64,000 nucleotides of DNA from assembly GCA_951804945.1 (NCBI GenBank), contig OX638151.1, forward strand, positions 44,330,001 to 44,394,000. Reading direction: 5' to 3'. Positions 50,201 to 64,000 of this stretch are shown one piece after another (position 1 is the first letter of the stretch; every line of letters begins with the position of its first letter). Both the position numbers and the translations under genes were made by a program. The notes below the pieces were generated by a model that was given only the letters and a program-made list of their open reading frames with translations, was not told the origin of the DNA and did no database searches. The stretch comes from Podarcis cretensis (lineage: Eukaryota).

Positions 50201-50654
50201 CTTGGTCAGAGCTGAACTGAACAGGCAGTTCTTCAAAAGGAAACGTGTCAGTCTCCTCACTGCCGTCAATGCAGTCCAACCTCTCCTGGAGTTCCGCAAA
50301 TGTATTGCACTTCAAGCAGTCTCTCTCAGAAGTGCTGGGGGCTGTCTCACTCATGTCCTCCAGCTTGCCTTCAGTTTTGGTCTTCTGAAGGGCAGGAACT
50401 ATGGGGACAAAATCCGGGGGACCTTCGTTGTCAGTTAGTTCCTTGTCCGAAAGGGCTGTGCCGTTGGGGCCAACATAAATGACAGTGTCGCATGACTGTT
50501 CGCTGCTAGAAGAATAATCTGGGTCACTTGACAAGTGAAGAATGGGGAAGTCTGGATCAACAACGTTCCGAGAATGGAAGGGCCTCAGCTGGGTTGGCCT
50601 CCGCATCCTCCCTTCTTCACAAGAACTTTCTCCTCCAGAAGAGCTTGACGTGTA
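47249..50654 (-). CDS. KIF26B: KIF26B giant internal exon (3406 bp), Ser/Pro-rich tail
   Basis: Acceptor cttcctacccaacag|TAC gives [20 protein letters not shown]; donor is ACA G|gtatgt. Uninterrupted frame with KIF26 blocks [48 protein letters not shown] and [21 protein letters not shown]. Phases fit both neighbouring exons. Confidence 0.97.
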
Positions 50655-53418
50655 CTGTTGGGTAGGAAGATAGGGGAAAGGTTAGCATTTCGAAGAACCC
50701 CCTTCCATGGAGCTGAAATCCACACCCCATGCTCTCATATAAGCCTTCATGCATGCAGAGGCTACTACCCATGGAGATTGCCTCTTTCAACATGCAGTAG
50801 AGTGCTTCATGAAGCTGGTGGCTTCTGGCATCAGGGATAAAGCCACCAAGTCCACGTGGCAGGTTGCTGTACAGATATGGTTTAGCATTTCAAACGGCTC
50901 CATATGCTTGGATTTAAGCAGCTGTCATATTGCTCTATTTGTTCATACAGGAGCAGTTGGTGGGGAGGGGACTTGCTTACTGGGAGGGAGAAGGGTGAGA
51001 CAATGGGGAGCTGGGCATGGTGTGGATGCACCAACAGGAGGGGCAGATTGGCTCTGCAGGTGCATCTGCACAGCACTGACCTCCCCAGGGCCTTGCCCTT
51101 ACTGGGAAGCTGCAGTGACTCTGGACCACAGGTGCAAGCTGACTTCCATCCTCACTCACAGCTCCTCTGTTCATGCACACTGGACTTTAGCAGAATCACA
51201 GAGAGTAAAATCAAGTTCTAAAGTGAAATGAAAACAAATTTATTTCGAACATGTTACTTTTATAAGGTTCTCCTTCATTCCTTTGTTGTGAGCTTTATCA
51301 GTATTATTCCCATTTTTCATATGAAAAACTGAGGTTGGACAGTAGTGATCTGCCCAAGATAACATGGACCAACTCCTTATCATGGAGAGCTCCAACTCAT
51401 GCACTGTCAACAGTATGGTCTTCATGCCTGTTTATAAATAAGCTATGCAGTCAGACAGCAATGTCACTTACTGGAGTAAGTTGTTGTGCAATCATTTTGA
51501 GGAAAAATGCCTGATGCTGCAATTCTTCTGCTGAACTCAGTGACTTGCTCTACCAACTAAATATGTGTAAGATTGGGCTGCATGCTACTTTGATCCCAGT
51601 GTTCCTTTTGACAGTTGTTAAAACAAATTCATTAAAAAGCCTGCCATGGCATTCTTGCAATTATTTACTCTGAAATTCATTCACTGATCACAGTGGAGTT
51701 ACTTTAGATGGATGACTGAAGTCTACAGCTAAAACCAAAGGCTAATGATGTTGAGCTGAAACATATAGTTGAAAGTGGATGAGCATTTAGTAAGCAACAC
51801 CCATCACTTAATTAGGTGGCTGGGATAAGCACACTTGGAAGTGTATTTCACTAGAATCAAGGGGGCTTACTTCTGTGATTACAGCGGTGGAGATGAAAGC
51901 AAAAAAGGAGGAATGAGACCATGCCTCCCACGTCTTTCTTCCATTAACTATATAAAAGAGGGCTCACCTCTGCATTTCAGGATGCAGGGGAACACATTGA
52001 TCCTCTAGTCCAGTTTCCAGCAACAAAAGCTCAAGTAATACTAAAATTTCCTAGATTTTAAAAATGCCAAATAGATGCACTCAGTAACTTCTGAAAAATC
52101 TCTAAGAAAGCATTCCACTACTTCTCTGTCCAAGTTATCAATTTTTTTTTATTATAGTTAATATGTGTTTCCTGATACACACTTTAACACAGTGGGACTT
52201 TCATTTTATTTCTTTATACATTTTATGAGCCTCCTTTCAAACTGATTTCCACAAACTACTGAAGCCAATATCAAATGAAATAACAATTAAACCACTCCCA
52301 GCAATAAAATATAAGCAGCTAGCAGCATAATACATGTTGGCACAGAAGGAAGTCCTATTGAGGTATTGGATTGCAGCCTTAAGCTGCAATAAAATCCGAT
52401 TGCTTGCTTAAGAGAAGGAAGTTTCCAAAATTAAAAAGCCGTTATCTGCTGGCAGAAATTGTCCAGAGTAGGAACAAGGCAAGTCTCCTTAGAGAGGCAC
52501 TTCTACCAAGTCCTGATCCCACATGCCTAACTTCAAAAAGAAGTAAAAAGTCTCAGTGACTGTGAAGAAACATACTCTCCATACTAAAGTCTTAGGCAAC
52601 TAACTTTCACAGTTTTACTTAGCTGTTGCAAATTTTAATTAATGTTCAGTTTTATTTAGATAGCGGCTAGAGAAGAAGAGATATAAAATAACGTGTGTTG
52701 GATCAACCTTTTCTTGCTGTAAATGCATGTTAACTTCTGATTTTTATCAGAACTGAGCATTGGTATATGCAATCCTCTCTAAAAGAACTATATAGTATTC
52801 AGATCAGAACACCAAGCTTCTCAATTTTCACTCTCAAGATAAAATATCATGTTGGCTTCAAATGCACTGGCTGAATTAGTACCATCCAGACCACATTAGC
52901 TAGTCTTCTTGTGTGTGTGTTTTTAAAAGATTGTGCTCATTCATTGTAAGGTTAATGAGGGAAATGCTATCAAAATTAACATTGGTGTCACACACTACAG
53001 CATGCTCTGTTGCAGAGATTTCTTTCTGGGAAGAGATTGTTATGCAGTGATATTTTGCAGAATCTGTTAATTGATCTCAGCTCACATTTAACAATCCTTA
53101 GGCTGCTAATGTGAATGATGTTAATAAATTATTCCAGCTTGACTTTTAACCAGGATTCCATGCTACATAGACTTTAAGAAAGCAACATGAGAGTTTGAAC
53201 TCTGCCATTTCTGTGCCTATTATAACCAATCATTCATCTAACAATGAACATATGATTTCCCTCATGCATTCGGATGTACTACCATACCATCAGAAATTAA
53301 GAATATTGATTTTTGTTAGAAGCTGCACTTTCAAGGCCTCTCCCATTTCTTTCGGATCCCTAGCTTGCCATGCTCTTTCCAGAGCACGGCAACAAAAGAG
53401 TTCCCCCCTTGTCCTTAC

Positions 53419-53581
53419 CTTTGTTTTCTTTTTCTTCATTCTTAAAACCCTGGATGCAATCTGGATGGTGGAAAGTGTTTCAGCATAGTTCCCTGCAGCT
53501 GCCGAAATGTGAGCTATCATGGTAGTACGGCAGTTCATGTTCCCAAGGGACTCCCGGAGCAACATGGTCAGCTTGCTGTCT
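53419..53581 (-). CDS. KIF26B: KIF26B exon encoding the end of the kinesin motor domain (163 bp)
   Basis: Boundaries attttgcag| and |gtaagg. Encodes [54 protein letters not shown], the kinesin C-terminal motor motifs in kinesin-11/KIF26 form. Confidence 0.96.
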
Positions 53582-54431
53582 CTGCAAAATAAAAAGAATT
53601 AAGGCTACATTAGTGAGCCATGTTTCACTTCGACTGTTGGGATGTGACTCCAGGTCTCAGCAAGATTTCTTCCTTTTTAATGGAATACTAATTAGCATTG
53701 TTCTTCGGGATTCTAGTGCACTACATCTGCCTCTGAACAAGCTGGAAAATCCCTGCACTGAAATGGAGAGGCTCTTATCTTTCAAGGGTTTTCTGCCTGT
53801 CTTGTTTTCCTAGCACATTTTCAGCAGTATTTTAGCACTGAAAGCTGCCTCATCACCAGGAACCTATTCTGGGCTAACTAGTTTTAAAAGAAAACCTAGC
53901 TGTATTTAAAGGTACAGAAGGATCAGGCCTTAAAACACACCACAAGTTTCACCTCTGGTCAGGCTTTTTGATGACTGAAGATGGAATGAGTTTGTCCCAT
54001 TTTCTCCCTGTCACACAGTGAGTCACTGAACGGACTCATTTTTAGAAGACCTTGCAACCTCCGCCTCTCTATCACTTCCAACGATTGTAATGAGACCTGC
54101 AAATGGTATTGCATGACAATTGCTTTGGCACTGAAGAAACTCTGCTAACATTATCCATTAATGCAACCCCAATTATTACTGCAGGTGGTGGCGTGCCATC
54201 AAAAATTCAACAACAAAAACTTATTTAGAATGATTTTTTTAAAAAAAACACACACAAACCCTGCCTCTTGTCAGCAATGCACAAGACAATTCAAGAGTAA
54301 AACAGTCACTGTGTTATGTGATGATAGTGGGAACCATTCATTCTATTAATGCAGTTAGCAAGGGTACAATTCACCAGGCACTTGTCCTTTAAGAGCCCCG
54401 TGGGAATGGATGGGAATTATGCTCCCTCCTC

Positions 54432-54474
<43 letters not shown>

Positions 54475-54500
54475 TTTTTATTATTTATACCCCGCCATCC
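54432..54500 (-). repeat. (AAT)n microsatellite at a very short L2-like tail
   Basis: About 13 AAT units, then TTTATACCCCGCCATC. Confidence 0.8.
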
Positions 54501-56460
54501 TTAGTTCCCTGCAGAACTCAGCAGGGAGGAGGATATGGACTAAACTAAAATTAGTTGGCTCCAAGGCCAGCCCACTCATGAGGCAAAGTAAGGCAACCAG
54601 GTGTCAGGATCCACAGGGCCAGCAAATCCGGCCTCCAATGAATGCACTGCCTAAGGTTGCTGCAGCGGCACACTCCTTGGAAGTCAGATCTGCTTTCTCC
54701 TCTGCAATGTCCACCCAATGCTGCCTCTACAACTGCCTCTTGGTGAATAGTAGGCTCTGCTGGTATCCTCACACCCCTAGGGATGAAATAGCAAAGGCTG
54801 CCCTCTGGGGTCTCCTGGGGCCTGCACCCACCTGGTGTGATTGGTTCAGGTGCCACCTAACATTGGCTTCCCTGCCCTACCAGAACCAACTAGCACCAGC
54901 CTCTACTGGTACTTCCCCCTGCTGCCATAAGGGGTAATTTGCTGAAACTGCTTGCTGTGAGGGAGTGGGATACTAACACACACACAATAGAGTTACTATG
55001 TGCAGATATAGTAGCTCTATTGTGAGTGTGTGTGTGTGTGTTTGCAGATAAAGTACAAGATAAGCAAATTGTTTCCTGATTATTTTTCTTAAGAGAGAGT
55101 CTAAAGACACTGGCTGCAAGACATATTGCTATCCTAAGTAGATCCATTCAGCAGCAAATAGCTCCATTTCATCATGTCTAAACAAAACATCCACCAGAAA
55201 GTCTGAAACTTTCCCCAGAAAGTTCAAGTGCAACCTTCTGTTTTGCACAGAATCTGCCGGTTCTCAGCTTCCTGTGGGCAGAGCTAGTCAATCCCTCTAC
55301 AGTATTTGATGGCATGTGATGTAAACAAAAGTCCATTAAGATGACAGCAAGGAAAAATGCATTCATTTCTCTGATTCAGCTTTGAATCCACACAGACCAA
55401 GAGATAAAAGGCTGTTGTGCAAGCTTTGTGCATCATCTCTTCATCAAGGAATACTGCAATATCAAATTCTGTGCAAGAGTAACCACTATTCCATGGATGA
55501 CGTACACAGAAATTATTAACATCTGTATGGAAATCGATACCAAGCCTTTCATTTACTCATGCGTCCATCAAAGCACAACATGGAATGACAGTGCAAAAGG
55601 GCAACAGACTACATCTAGGTCTCTTGAGAATAACTAAGTCATGCAGCCATCATCAGCAAATTGGTGTGGTCTTCCTCGAGAATTATAAATGATGGATGTG
55701 TGTAGTTCACCTGAACCCTGAATTATGCTGAAGTGCATTCTTGCTGTTGGAAGAGAGATGATATTACGCACATTCCTGTGCTACATCTATTGAGATTATG
55801 CTTATAAATAACAACAGATGATTTTAAAAACCAGCAATGTTTCATATTTGACTCAAAAAAGTCTAGTATTATCTTGATAATCTTCCCTTTGCTGTAGGCT
55901 ACAGTTAGCTGCCTCCTTTCTTATAGCTAGCTTAACAGCTTCCCAAAAGAAAACTACAAAGGAAAGGTTACTAATCATGCAATTTGCAAATATTTTGCAT
56001 TTTATATTCAAGATCTGGACCTCCCAATTCAATGGTTCAATTATCTCTTTCAATAAGATATGCTAATGATTTTTTAAAAACCCACACACAGACATAAAAA
56101 ATGCCATCAGACACAAGCCACCTAGTAGTTGCTACCTCTGTTCCTTTAATCTTGCAGCAGTTTAAATCTCTGGATTCTTTTTTCTTTTTAATCACACCTA
56201 TTATATTTCAAAATATACCGGTACCCTACAAATAGGTATACAAATGCACAGGGCATCTGTATTTTTTTGAAAGCTGATTCTATCCTCCTGTCAGAATAAA
56301 GGAAGATGGGTGCTTTATTTCAATAAGGAAAATAAGCCAATATTCTTCAGAAGCTAGGTTATTTCTAGTGGGGTAATCAAAGGTACTTTGATAAAGGATA
56401 ATTGTTATGTAAAAATACCCCACAAAACATTTTATATCAAAAGATATTTCTGCTGACTTC

Positions 56461-56567
56461 AACTTTAATAAAAGTAAAAAAAAGTAAAAAAGTAAAAAAA
56501 AAGTAAAAAAAGTAAAAAAAAGTAAAAAAAGTAAAAAAAAGTAAAAAAAAAAACTTTAATAAAAGTA
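56461..56567 (+). repeat. (A6-11GT)n array flanked by a 16-bp direct repeat
   Basis: AACTTTAATAAAAGTA at 56461-56476 and 56552-56567. Confidence 0.9.
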
Positions 56568-56714
56568 GCATACAAAAATATGGATCAAAACATTCCGAAG
56601 ATGGCCTTTCAAGATGGCACAAATCCCTTATCCTAAATTACCCTTGTGTGACAGCAGTTCAGTAGCCCTGTTCCCAAAGATGCAGTTAGAATTCTGTGTT
56701 ATGAGGAATATAGT

Positions 56715-57130
56715 TATTATTAATTAATTAATTTGTACACCACCTTCAGTTAAAAATCTCAGGGTGGTTCACAGCATAAAAATATAAAATAAAAACACAT
56801 AATACATAATAAAAATAAGAACGAAAGCAAAACAAACCAATAGCACGCCCCCCCCCCAAAAAAAAATATTTAAAAGGACACAGAATGTTAATCAACCAAA
56901 GACCTGGCTGAAGAGAAACATTTTTGCCTAAAGATGTACAATGAAGGTGACAGGCAAGCCTCCCTGGGGAGAGCATTCCACAAATGGGGAGCCACTGCAG
57001 AAAAGGCCAGTTCTCATGTTGCTATTCTCCAGACATCTCATGGACAGGGCACACAAAGAAGGGCATCAGATGATAATTGCTAGGTCCAGGTTGGCTCATA
57101 TAGGGAGGGGTGGTCCTTGACGTATTGCAG
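56715..57130 (-). mobile_element. L2 LINE 3' fragment
   Basis: Colinear with 1995-2665 once the MITE is removed (CACAGCATAAAA, TGTTAATCA, AATGAAGGTG, CACTGCAGAAAAG, GTCCTTGA). Confidence 0.72.
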
Positions 57131-58929
57131 TTATGAATATTATGCCTGCTGACTTTGATGGCTGTCACCAGGCATCCTTCCTTATCATTAGATGATTGAA
57201 TATTTTGGGCATATGCATGGCAGATGGAAGAACCTGGATTTAGTTGGTAAATGCTGCCATTTAGGCACAGTATAGGCTCAACTATCTCAAGCCCTGTAAT
57301 CACCTGGACCCTGCCCACCATCTAATGTTGTTGATTATTCAGCCAGTTATTGACTATAGGCAAACTACCCTTTCTAAGGACGACTCTTCAATACTGTTGA
57401 TCACAGATATTGACTTTCTGGCAGTTGTGAGACTGCTCGAGTTATACAAGGGATACTGCCCCTGAGCCAGACTCCTCAAAGGAATCAAGGGCTTCCATTG
57501 CTAACAACCTGACAAATGGTGCTGGGACCATGCCAGATGGGCCAAGTGAACAAGTGCTCCTTTGCACACTAGGGATATTTGGCCCTTGATCTTCTTTAGC
57601 CCAAGTGGGGTGGACCTTGGGGAAGGTGGACCGGAGGAAGCAAGGCCTTAGTTCACCTTCTGCCTTTGTCTTGCCTTGCTGCTGTGGGAATCTGGTATGG
57701 ACAGGTCAGAACAATTAGTTCTGATACATATATTTTATTTTGCTGGAAGTGGAGCCTTGCAAGGAACAGGACTGATGGAGAACAGGCCCCAGTAAGCTAT
57801 AGAGGAATAGAATTGCCAGTCAGCTGATGGGTTTGAGACTTCCCATGCCACTCAAGGATACTTCTAAAAAATGAAAATATGTAATTGACATTGAAGTAAT
57901 AAAACTGCCTGGGCTATACCATTTTGGGTTGCAGGTGGGTACTGGGCCTCCATAAACACACTCTAATTATTATTAGAAATATTATAGTCTAGCCTTCTCC
58001 TTGGCATGTTAGTTTTTCTGTGTGCAGGAATCTTTTTACAGTCAGGGAGCCATCCCACCCTGGAAACCCTTATCGACAAGCCTGAAGTGCTGCAATCAGA
58101 AGCCCAAACACAAAGCTGCTACCTCATTGAGAACTAGGATTCAGTATGCTTCCCTTGCATTCAGATGTACCTCCCACACCTTGAGCTGAATGTGAATGAT
58201 CAGAAAGGAGTGTTCTGTCTTTGTGATTGTCAAGGTGATTATTAAAAAAAGAAGATGAACAGCACCGATTTCATTTCCAAATGAAAAGGAAATATGCAAA
58301 AGAATGGTAACCAAGTTAAAAACATTGGCTCAAGATTCCCCTGTCCCTAGGAGATTATTTAGACAATTTTATGTATTTATTCCAGGTCTAAAACATATTA
58401 AGTCATAAATATTTTATCTTTCCTCCCCACCTCTCATTCCTCCTTTCCATTTCTCTTAGGACTCTAACCAATAAAAAAACAGGAATGCAAATATTGGTGA
58501 CAGCAAAATTAAAGCTGAAAACAGAACCTTTTTTATTATTATTAAGCCATATAACATGCCATGGCATGTGTCCCTACTCATACAAATCACATATCATGGT
58601 TTCTTGCTAGGCAGCAGGCCAATGGCAAATGCTATTAACCACCTAGGTGTGTGATTATTACATGATAAGGCATTGTACGCCCTTGAGCCTGCTGTCATAC
58701 AGTAATTTATTGGCAGAAAGTGAGCAAATGTAAATATATTTCACGTAGTCAGTAAATATAAACATTATGCCTGCACCTGCTTCTGTCTGTATTAGTCAAC
58801 TAATAAGAAAAAGTATAATTTGGCATAGCATAGCAGCATTTGATTGGTGTGGTGTGCTAAGTCTTCTCTAAATTGTGAAACATCATGGTTGGATCCCAGC
58901 CCTACTCCTTGTAGTGCAATTGTCAATAC

Positions 58930-59140
58930 TCTTCAATAGGAGGGACAGGTTAAACATCATGTTACTACACAAGATGATGTTTGTGGTGTTGTCTGCAAGT
59001 TTAGATGCCTTTGATAAAAAAAAATTAGGAAAATACATGGAAGTTATGTCTGTTAATGGTCATTAGCTATGATGGCATAATGGAACCTCTGTGTAAATGG
59101 GCAAAATTCCTCGGATTATTAGAAGCAAGATATAAATAAA
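58930..59140 (+). mobile_element. Highly degenerate CR1 remnant
   Basis: AAATTAGGAAAATACATGGAAG..TCTGTTAATGG resembles the CR1 ORF2 end and 3'UTR seen at 36060-36170. Confidence 0.4.
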
Positions 59141-62100
59141 ACAGAAGATAAGCATCACTTTCACAGCATGTCCTGCTAGTGAGCTTCCAGAAGAAAATGC
59201 TGGACTAGTAGAACCTCCATTTTCTGCTGAGCCTGAAATATACACACATCCTTTTAAAGATCAGTGTCAGCTTGATGATCAAGAGATGATCAAGAGATCT
59301 ACACAGCTCCATTTTTTTGTATTGAGGTAGAACTTTTTGATTCATTAATTACAGTTGCAACCCTGCTATTGTCCCGTTTTATAGACAGGAATTAAGAATA
59401 GTTGTTGTAAGAGCAGGAAGTCAATCTTGGGTTTTGGGGGTCCTCAACAACGTACCCTAACAATGATCCCATACATCTGTCAGGCCCAGACCTACCATTG
59501 GGCCGAATGAGATGCTTTCAGTACTATTTTCATCTCAGGAAGCAAAATGTCTTGGCCCAGAACTGTAGACATTCCTGCTTTAATAAACATTTACATTATG
59601 GAACAGTATAAAACTATGCTTAGTTATGGGGTTTAATTGTTTTTGTATGCTGGCGAAACAGAGATAAGAGGTAATTCCAGTTTTTGAAGGATTACTGGTT
59701 AAAAGAGAAAGGAAATAAAAAAAGGGAAGAGGGAAAGAAAGGAATTGTGACAACCAATTGAACTGAAAAATAGTCACAGTCTTGTTTGCTAAAATTGCCT
59801 GTATGGGGTTTGTCTTTCATTATGACATAGTCATTTCTGGTACACAAGCAGTTCTATAAAAAGGAAGGTTAAACATGAATGTCAGAGTAAGCTAAGGTGT
59901 TACTAAGACATGAAAAACAGACCTGGTTTCGTAAATTTCATAGAAATGGCATGTTTAGTGGCTTTGATCCTAAAAAGCATAAGGTGTACTGTCACTTTAG
60001 TACAGGTCAAAGCTGGGATACGCATGAATATTCATTTGAGATATGCAACTCAAACAGATACAATAAATGTAGTCACACGTTCAATGTAACATACAGTTTG
60101 ACCTTATGGTAAAACAATTCCCGAATGTTCTTCACTCATACATTTTTCCTTTGGTTTGCTCTTATTTTCTAGTACTTAGACCTTTTAACAGCTATTGTTG
60201 CCATTATTTTCATTATTAGAAGACTCTTTCCAGTAAATTTGGGCAGTAACACTTGCCTACCACGTAAGACAACAGTCATACTTATACTAAGTTTCACATA
60301 ATCTTACAACAGAAATTAATTTTAAATTATTCTCAGTCAGCATGTAACAAACCCCAATATCAGATAATTATGAATCCATTACAGAGCTAATACAGTCCAT
60401 AATTTACACAAGATCTATATTGTTCCCAGTATGCCACATTGCTGCACAGATTCCTGTACATTCAGTAAGGCATATTTGCATGTAAGCATCCAGAATATTT
60501 TAGCCTAAATATCTTTCAGTGAGATAGCAAAATCATCACTGAAAATATTGGTAACATGGGAGCCTCCTGAAAAGAGACGATGAGAGATAAATATGCATTG
60601 TAATTAAAATCTCAATGCTTATACCATATACATAAATATCATTACATCAACCTTCATTTGATATAAAAAACAACACACAATTGTACAAGCAATGTGTTAT
60701 TGCAAAATATCTAAACAGCCAGTACACAACAGATGAACAATCATCAGGATGACTGATGCTTATGATGACTAGAACTTTGGAAGCAATTTTCCCTGTCATT
60801 ATGTAAATATTGGCCTATGTTTAACATTATCAATGGAATCTTATTATTTATTATATACTCATTTTTACACCATATCTTTTTTTAAAAAAATAGAGAACAG
60901 ATGTATTTTCTGGAAAAGACTCATGTTGAAAATTTAACAACATGATTTGGTAAATGTTTGCTTACCAATTGTCCATGAAAATAATAATGAATTTTTCTCA
61001 GATCTTTTTAGATGGATTACAAATAGATTGTGGCAATTCCTGAGTTACCAGTGATACTTCCCACACAGGTCTCCTGAAATGGGAAGAACAGCCAGAAAGT
61101 GAAAATAATTCACTGGAATCCTGACATTTTGACTGACTAAACTAAAGACTCAATTGTGTAACATGCACAACTCAGCTCCCATTTTCTTGCTGAGCTCCTA
61201 CAAGCTTTACTTCAATGAGCTCCTTGGTCTTCTTGTCTGTCCTTTGAAATTGACTTGTGCCCTGGGCAAACCACTGAAACAGGAGACAAGCTTAGTGGAG
61301 TTTGTTCATCTGTGAACTTTATTTCTGGCAGTCAAATACATGTGTTATAATGCCACATTTACATTATGTGCAATTTCTCTCCAGAAATACAGAAAGCAAT
61401 TCATAGCAGGAGGAGAGAGGTTAAGCACAGAGGTTCTCAGTGCTTTTCCTTTTAACTTCAATATACAAGATCCTATTCAAAAGCAATAACTCACTCTATA
61501 ATAACTCTCTTTTCTCCAAGCTGGGGTGGTGGTGGTAGAATCAAAGAGTTTTAGAAAGAATCCAAAGGGCTGGGTCATTAACCACTTGTGGCACAAAACA
61601 TAACTCTCTTAGAATTCAGAAAAAAGTGTTGAACATTGCATATAAATGCCAGAGTCTTACAGTAAAATATTTTCTCCTGATCAAGCTAGGAGTCAGAGAT
61701 GTATTGTGGATGTACCCTGAACTGAAAACGTTACAGAATATTCAAATGGGTGTTACGTACAATGGCCATTTCTCTCCTTGACCCACCTGCAAGGGCTATG
61801 TGGGTGGAGCCCTTTTCAATAAGCAATAATTGTGTCTCTGAATCTATTCAGGGTTAAAAGGGGGATAAAGTTAATACCCCTCCACATTTCCTCATTTTCA
61901 TAACAACTGATTTCTTCTTTTTGAAGAGAGTGGTGTGCGTGTGTAGCCCCAGCAGCTAAATTCAAGAGAAAAACTGTGTGAGCAGAATTTGGGGCTAAAC
62001 AGCAGTGGACATCAGAGTTGAGCAGGGTGATTTTTAAAATAGAAACAAAATAATATTACTAATGGTTTCTCTCTACAATTGAAAATATTACTCCCAGTTC

Positions 62101-64000
62101 TTAAATAACGGAAACACGTTTATGGGCCCAAATGACAAAAAAAGCATCAGAAGAAATACAATTTTTGCTTCCTAGCAAATACATTGTTACTGGTTTGGTG
62201 TTGAACTAACTGGTGATCTCTCTGGGTCTCTTCCAACCCTGTGTGCTTGTGACTGTAAAAATAAAAACTATAAGGTGGTTAAAAAAAAAACCTGGCTGAA
62301 CAGGTCTAGCTGGGCATAGTCTAAGGTAAACTAAGGTGATCGGTTGTCATAGGGCAGGAGTGGAGATTTTTTGGCCCTCCAGATGTCGATGAACTACAAT
62401 TTCCATCAGTCCTAGTAAGCATGGAAGTTATCATTCTCCAACACCTGGGGGCCAAAGGTTACTACACCAGCCATAGGGAATAACTGGTAGACCTTCATTT
62501 AAATGATGGTGTAAGTATTCTGGGAGAGGAGAGACATTTTGGGGAAGGGGCCATGCATTTATTCCTGCACCTTCATTGAGAAACTGATGTGGGAGTACTG
62601 AACCTACGAAAGCCATTGGATTGTTTAATACTGTACTTCCACCTATGCTCAACCTTTATGCTTCTAAACAAACACAAATATTACAGAGCACCAGCAAGCC
62701 TCCAGTAAAGTCACTCCTCCCCTTGTTAATTTTAAAGAGCCTCAAAGACTTCTTTCTTCATCATGGCATTTGGGGGCTGAGCTATTGGATGCTGTTCTCC
62801 AGAGATAGATGGACTATTTGTATTATGATTCTTTTTTAAATGGTTCTGTTGTTGGGTTATATATATCACTTTGGGGCAAATTTTGCCTAAAAAGTAGTTG
62901 CACACCCTATTAAATAAATAGTTAAATTCCAAAAGAAACCAAGCCCTGGTAACCAGTGAACCACTGAACATCTTATTGTGCAGAGAATTTGGGAATACCT
63001 AACAGTATGTACGAAGTTAAAAAGAATGGAAACTGACGGGCACAGTTCAGATGTTACCAGCGTGTCACAGGTATTTTATTTTGTTTGGTTATACCATTTA
63101 TATGTTCATTTTACATTGAAAGGTTTTGAACACATATTACTGGCAGATTCATGGATCTTCAGTTCTGTTTTAAATTATGTTTTTGAGTATGATTTTATTC
63201 CTATCCCACCAAAAAAGGGGTTCCTGGCTTTGGTTGTCCAACATTTCATTATGTAAGATTAGCCTATAGCTAGGTACTTTATAATTTGCATAATTTTACT
63301 TTTTATTATGCTATGGGCTCAACTCTTCTTTATAATTTTTACAACTCAGCTCTGATTTTATCAGTGAAACTTATTGTTTAACAAAAATGACCCCCCCCCC
63401 AGCTCTGATTAGCATGAGTCCTCAGAGCAGATACCAATGAATCTCTTCATCTATCATTTTGTCTGTCCTTTGAAACTAACTTGTGCCTTTGGCACATCAT
63501 TGGAAGGATTAGCAGAGTTTCTCTATCTGTGAACATCACTGCTAAAATAAATTTTTTAAAAGCTACTTATGTTCTATCACTTAATCATCCAGTCCACCAG
63601 TAGGTGGATCCTATATGTTCTACTTGTTTAACCATCTCACAGGCACCTACCAGAAAACAACAAAAAATCAGGATAAAATGCAAAGAAACAGATTATATTG
63701 TGCATGTGCCTACATCTCTATATTGAGGTCAGCTTGTAATAAATTTTATCATAACAGAAGAAATCTCAGTTAAACTGAAAACTAATTAGGATCCATATGC
63801 TTATGTCAGAGAAAAGAGTCAGACTGCTAAAATACTGCTGACTGTGGATGGATCTTTAAAATAGTGCTGATGTTATACACTACAGACAACAGATGACTAG
63901 AGTAATTGTGTTTGCACACCAGGCACTGCAATATTCACAAATAAATGGCATACATGAGCCATTTTGTACTCATAAGTATCAGAATATACTCACAACCAAC

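Noticed and set aside
47330-50482. Many overlapping ORFs on both strands, such as 48060-48650 +
   Set aside because: Shadow frames of a GC-richer coding exon with no recognisable protein features.
53582-64000. Search for the preceding KIF26B motor exon (RSRLHLIDLGS)
   Set aside because: Not found by eye; the region reads as intron and the exon probably lies right of the window.
1-64000. CRISPR array, operon-like system or endogenous viral gene
   Set aside because: No repeat-spacer array. The only long ORFs are KIF26B and L1 ORF2, and the other short ORFs look like random intronic frames.

Overview
AT-rich vertebrate genomic DNA. The repeat content (Sauria/Squam1 SINE, Squam3-type SINEs, CAGTGGTACCTC-ended TA-flanked MITEs) points to a squamate, probably a lacertid lizard. 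The window holds the convergent 3' ends of two genes. SMYD3 (+) contributes only its last coding exon at 14469-14570, which the ORF track misses; 1-14468 is inferred to be its last intron. KIF26B (-) contributes its last five coding exons (53419-53581, 47249-50654, 33551-33750, 31848-31998, 30166-30314), which splice in frame with GT-AG boundaries. The rest is intronic or intergenic DNA with LINE remnants (L1, L2, CR1), SINEs, MITEs, microsatellites and several enhancer-like blocks. I cannot support a new biological system. The best leads are: a very young 5'-truncated L1 whose intact 543-codon ORF takes its ATG from the host target site; a perfect 50-bp inverted repeat apparently made by template switching at a MITE end; a direct-repeat-flanked insertion made only of (A6-11GT)n; three perfect POU octamers within 93 bp; and a motif-dense KIF26B 3'UTR. 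Gene and repeat identities come from recalled family knowledge, not from database searches. Old repeat boundaries are approximate.
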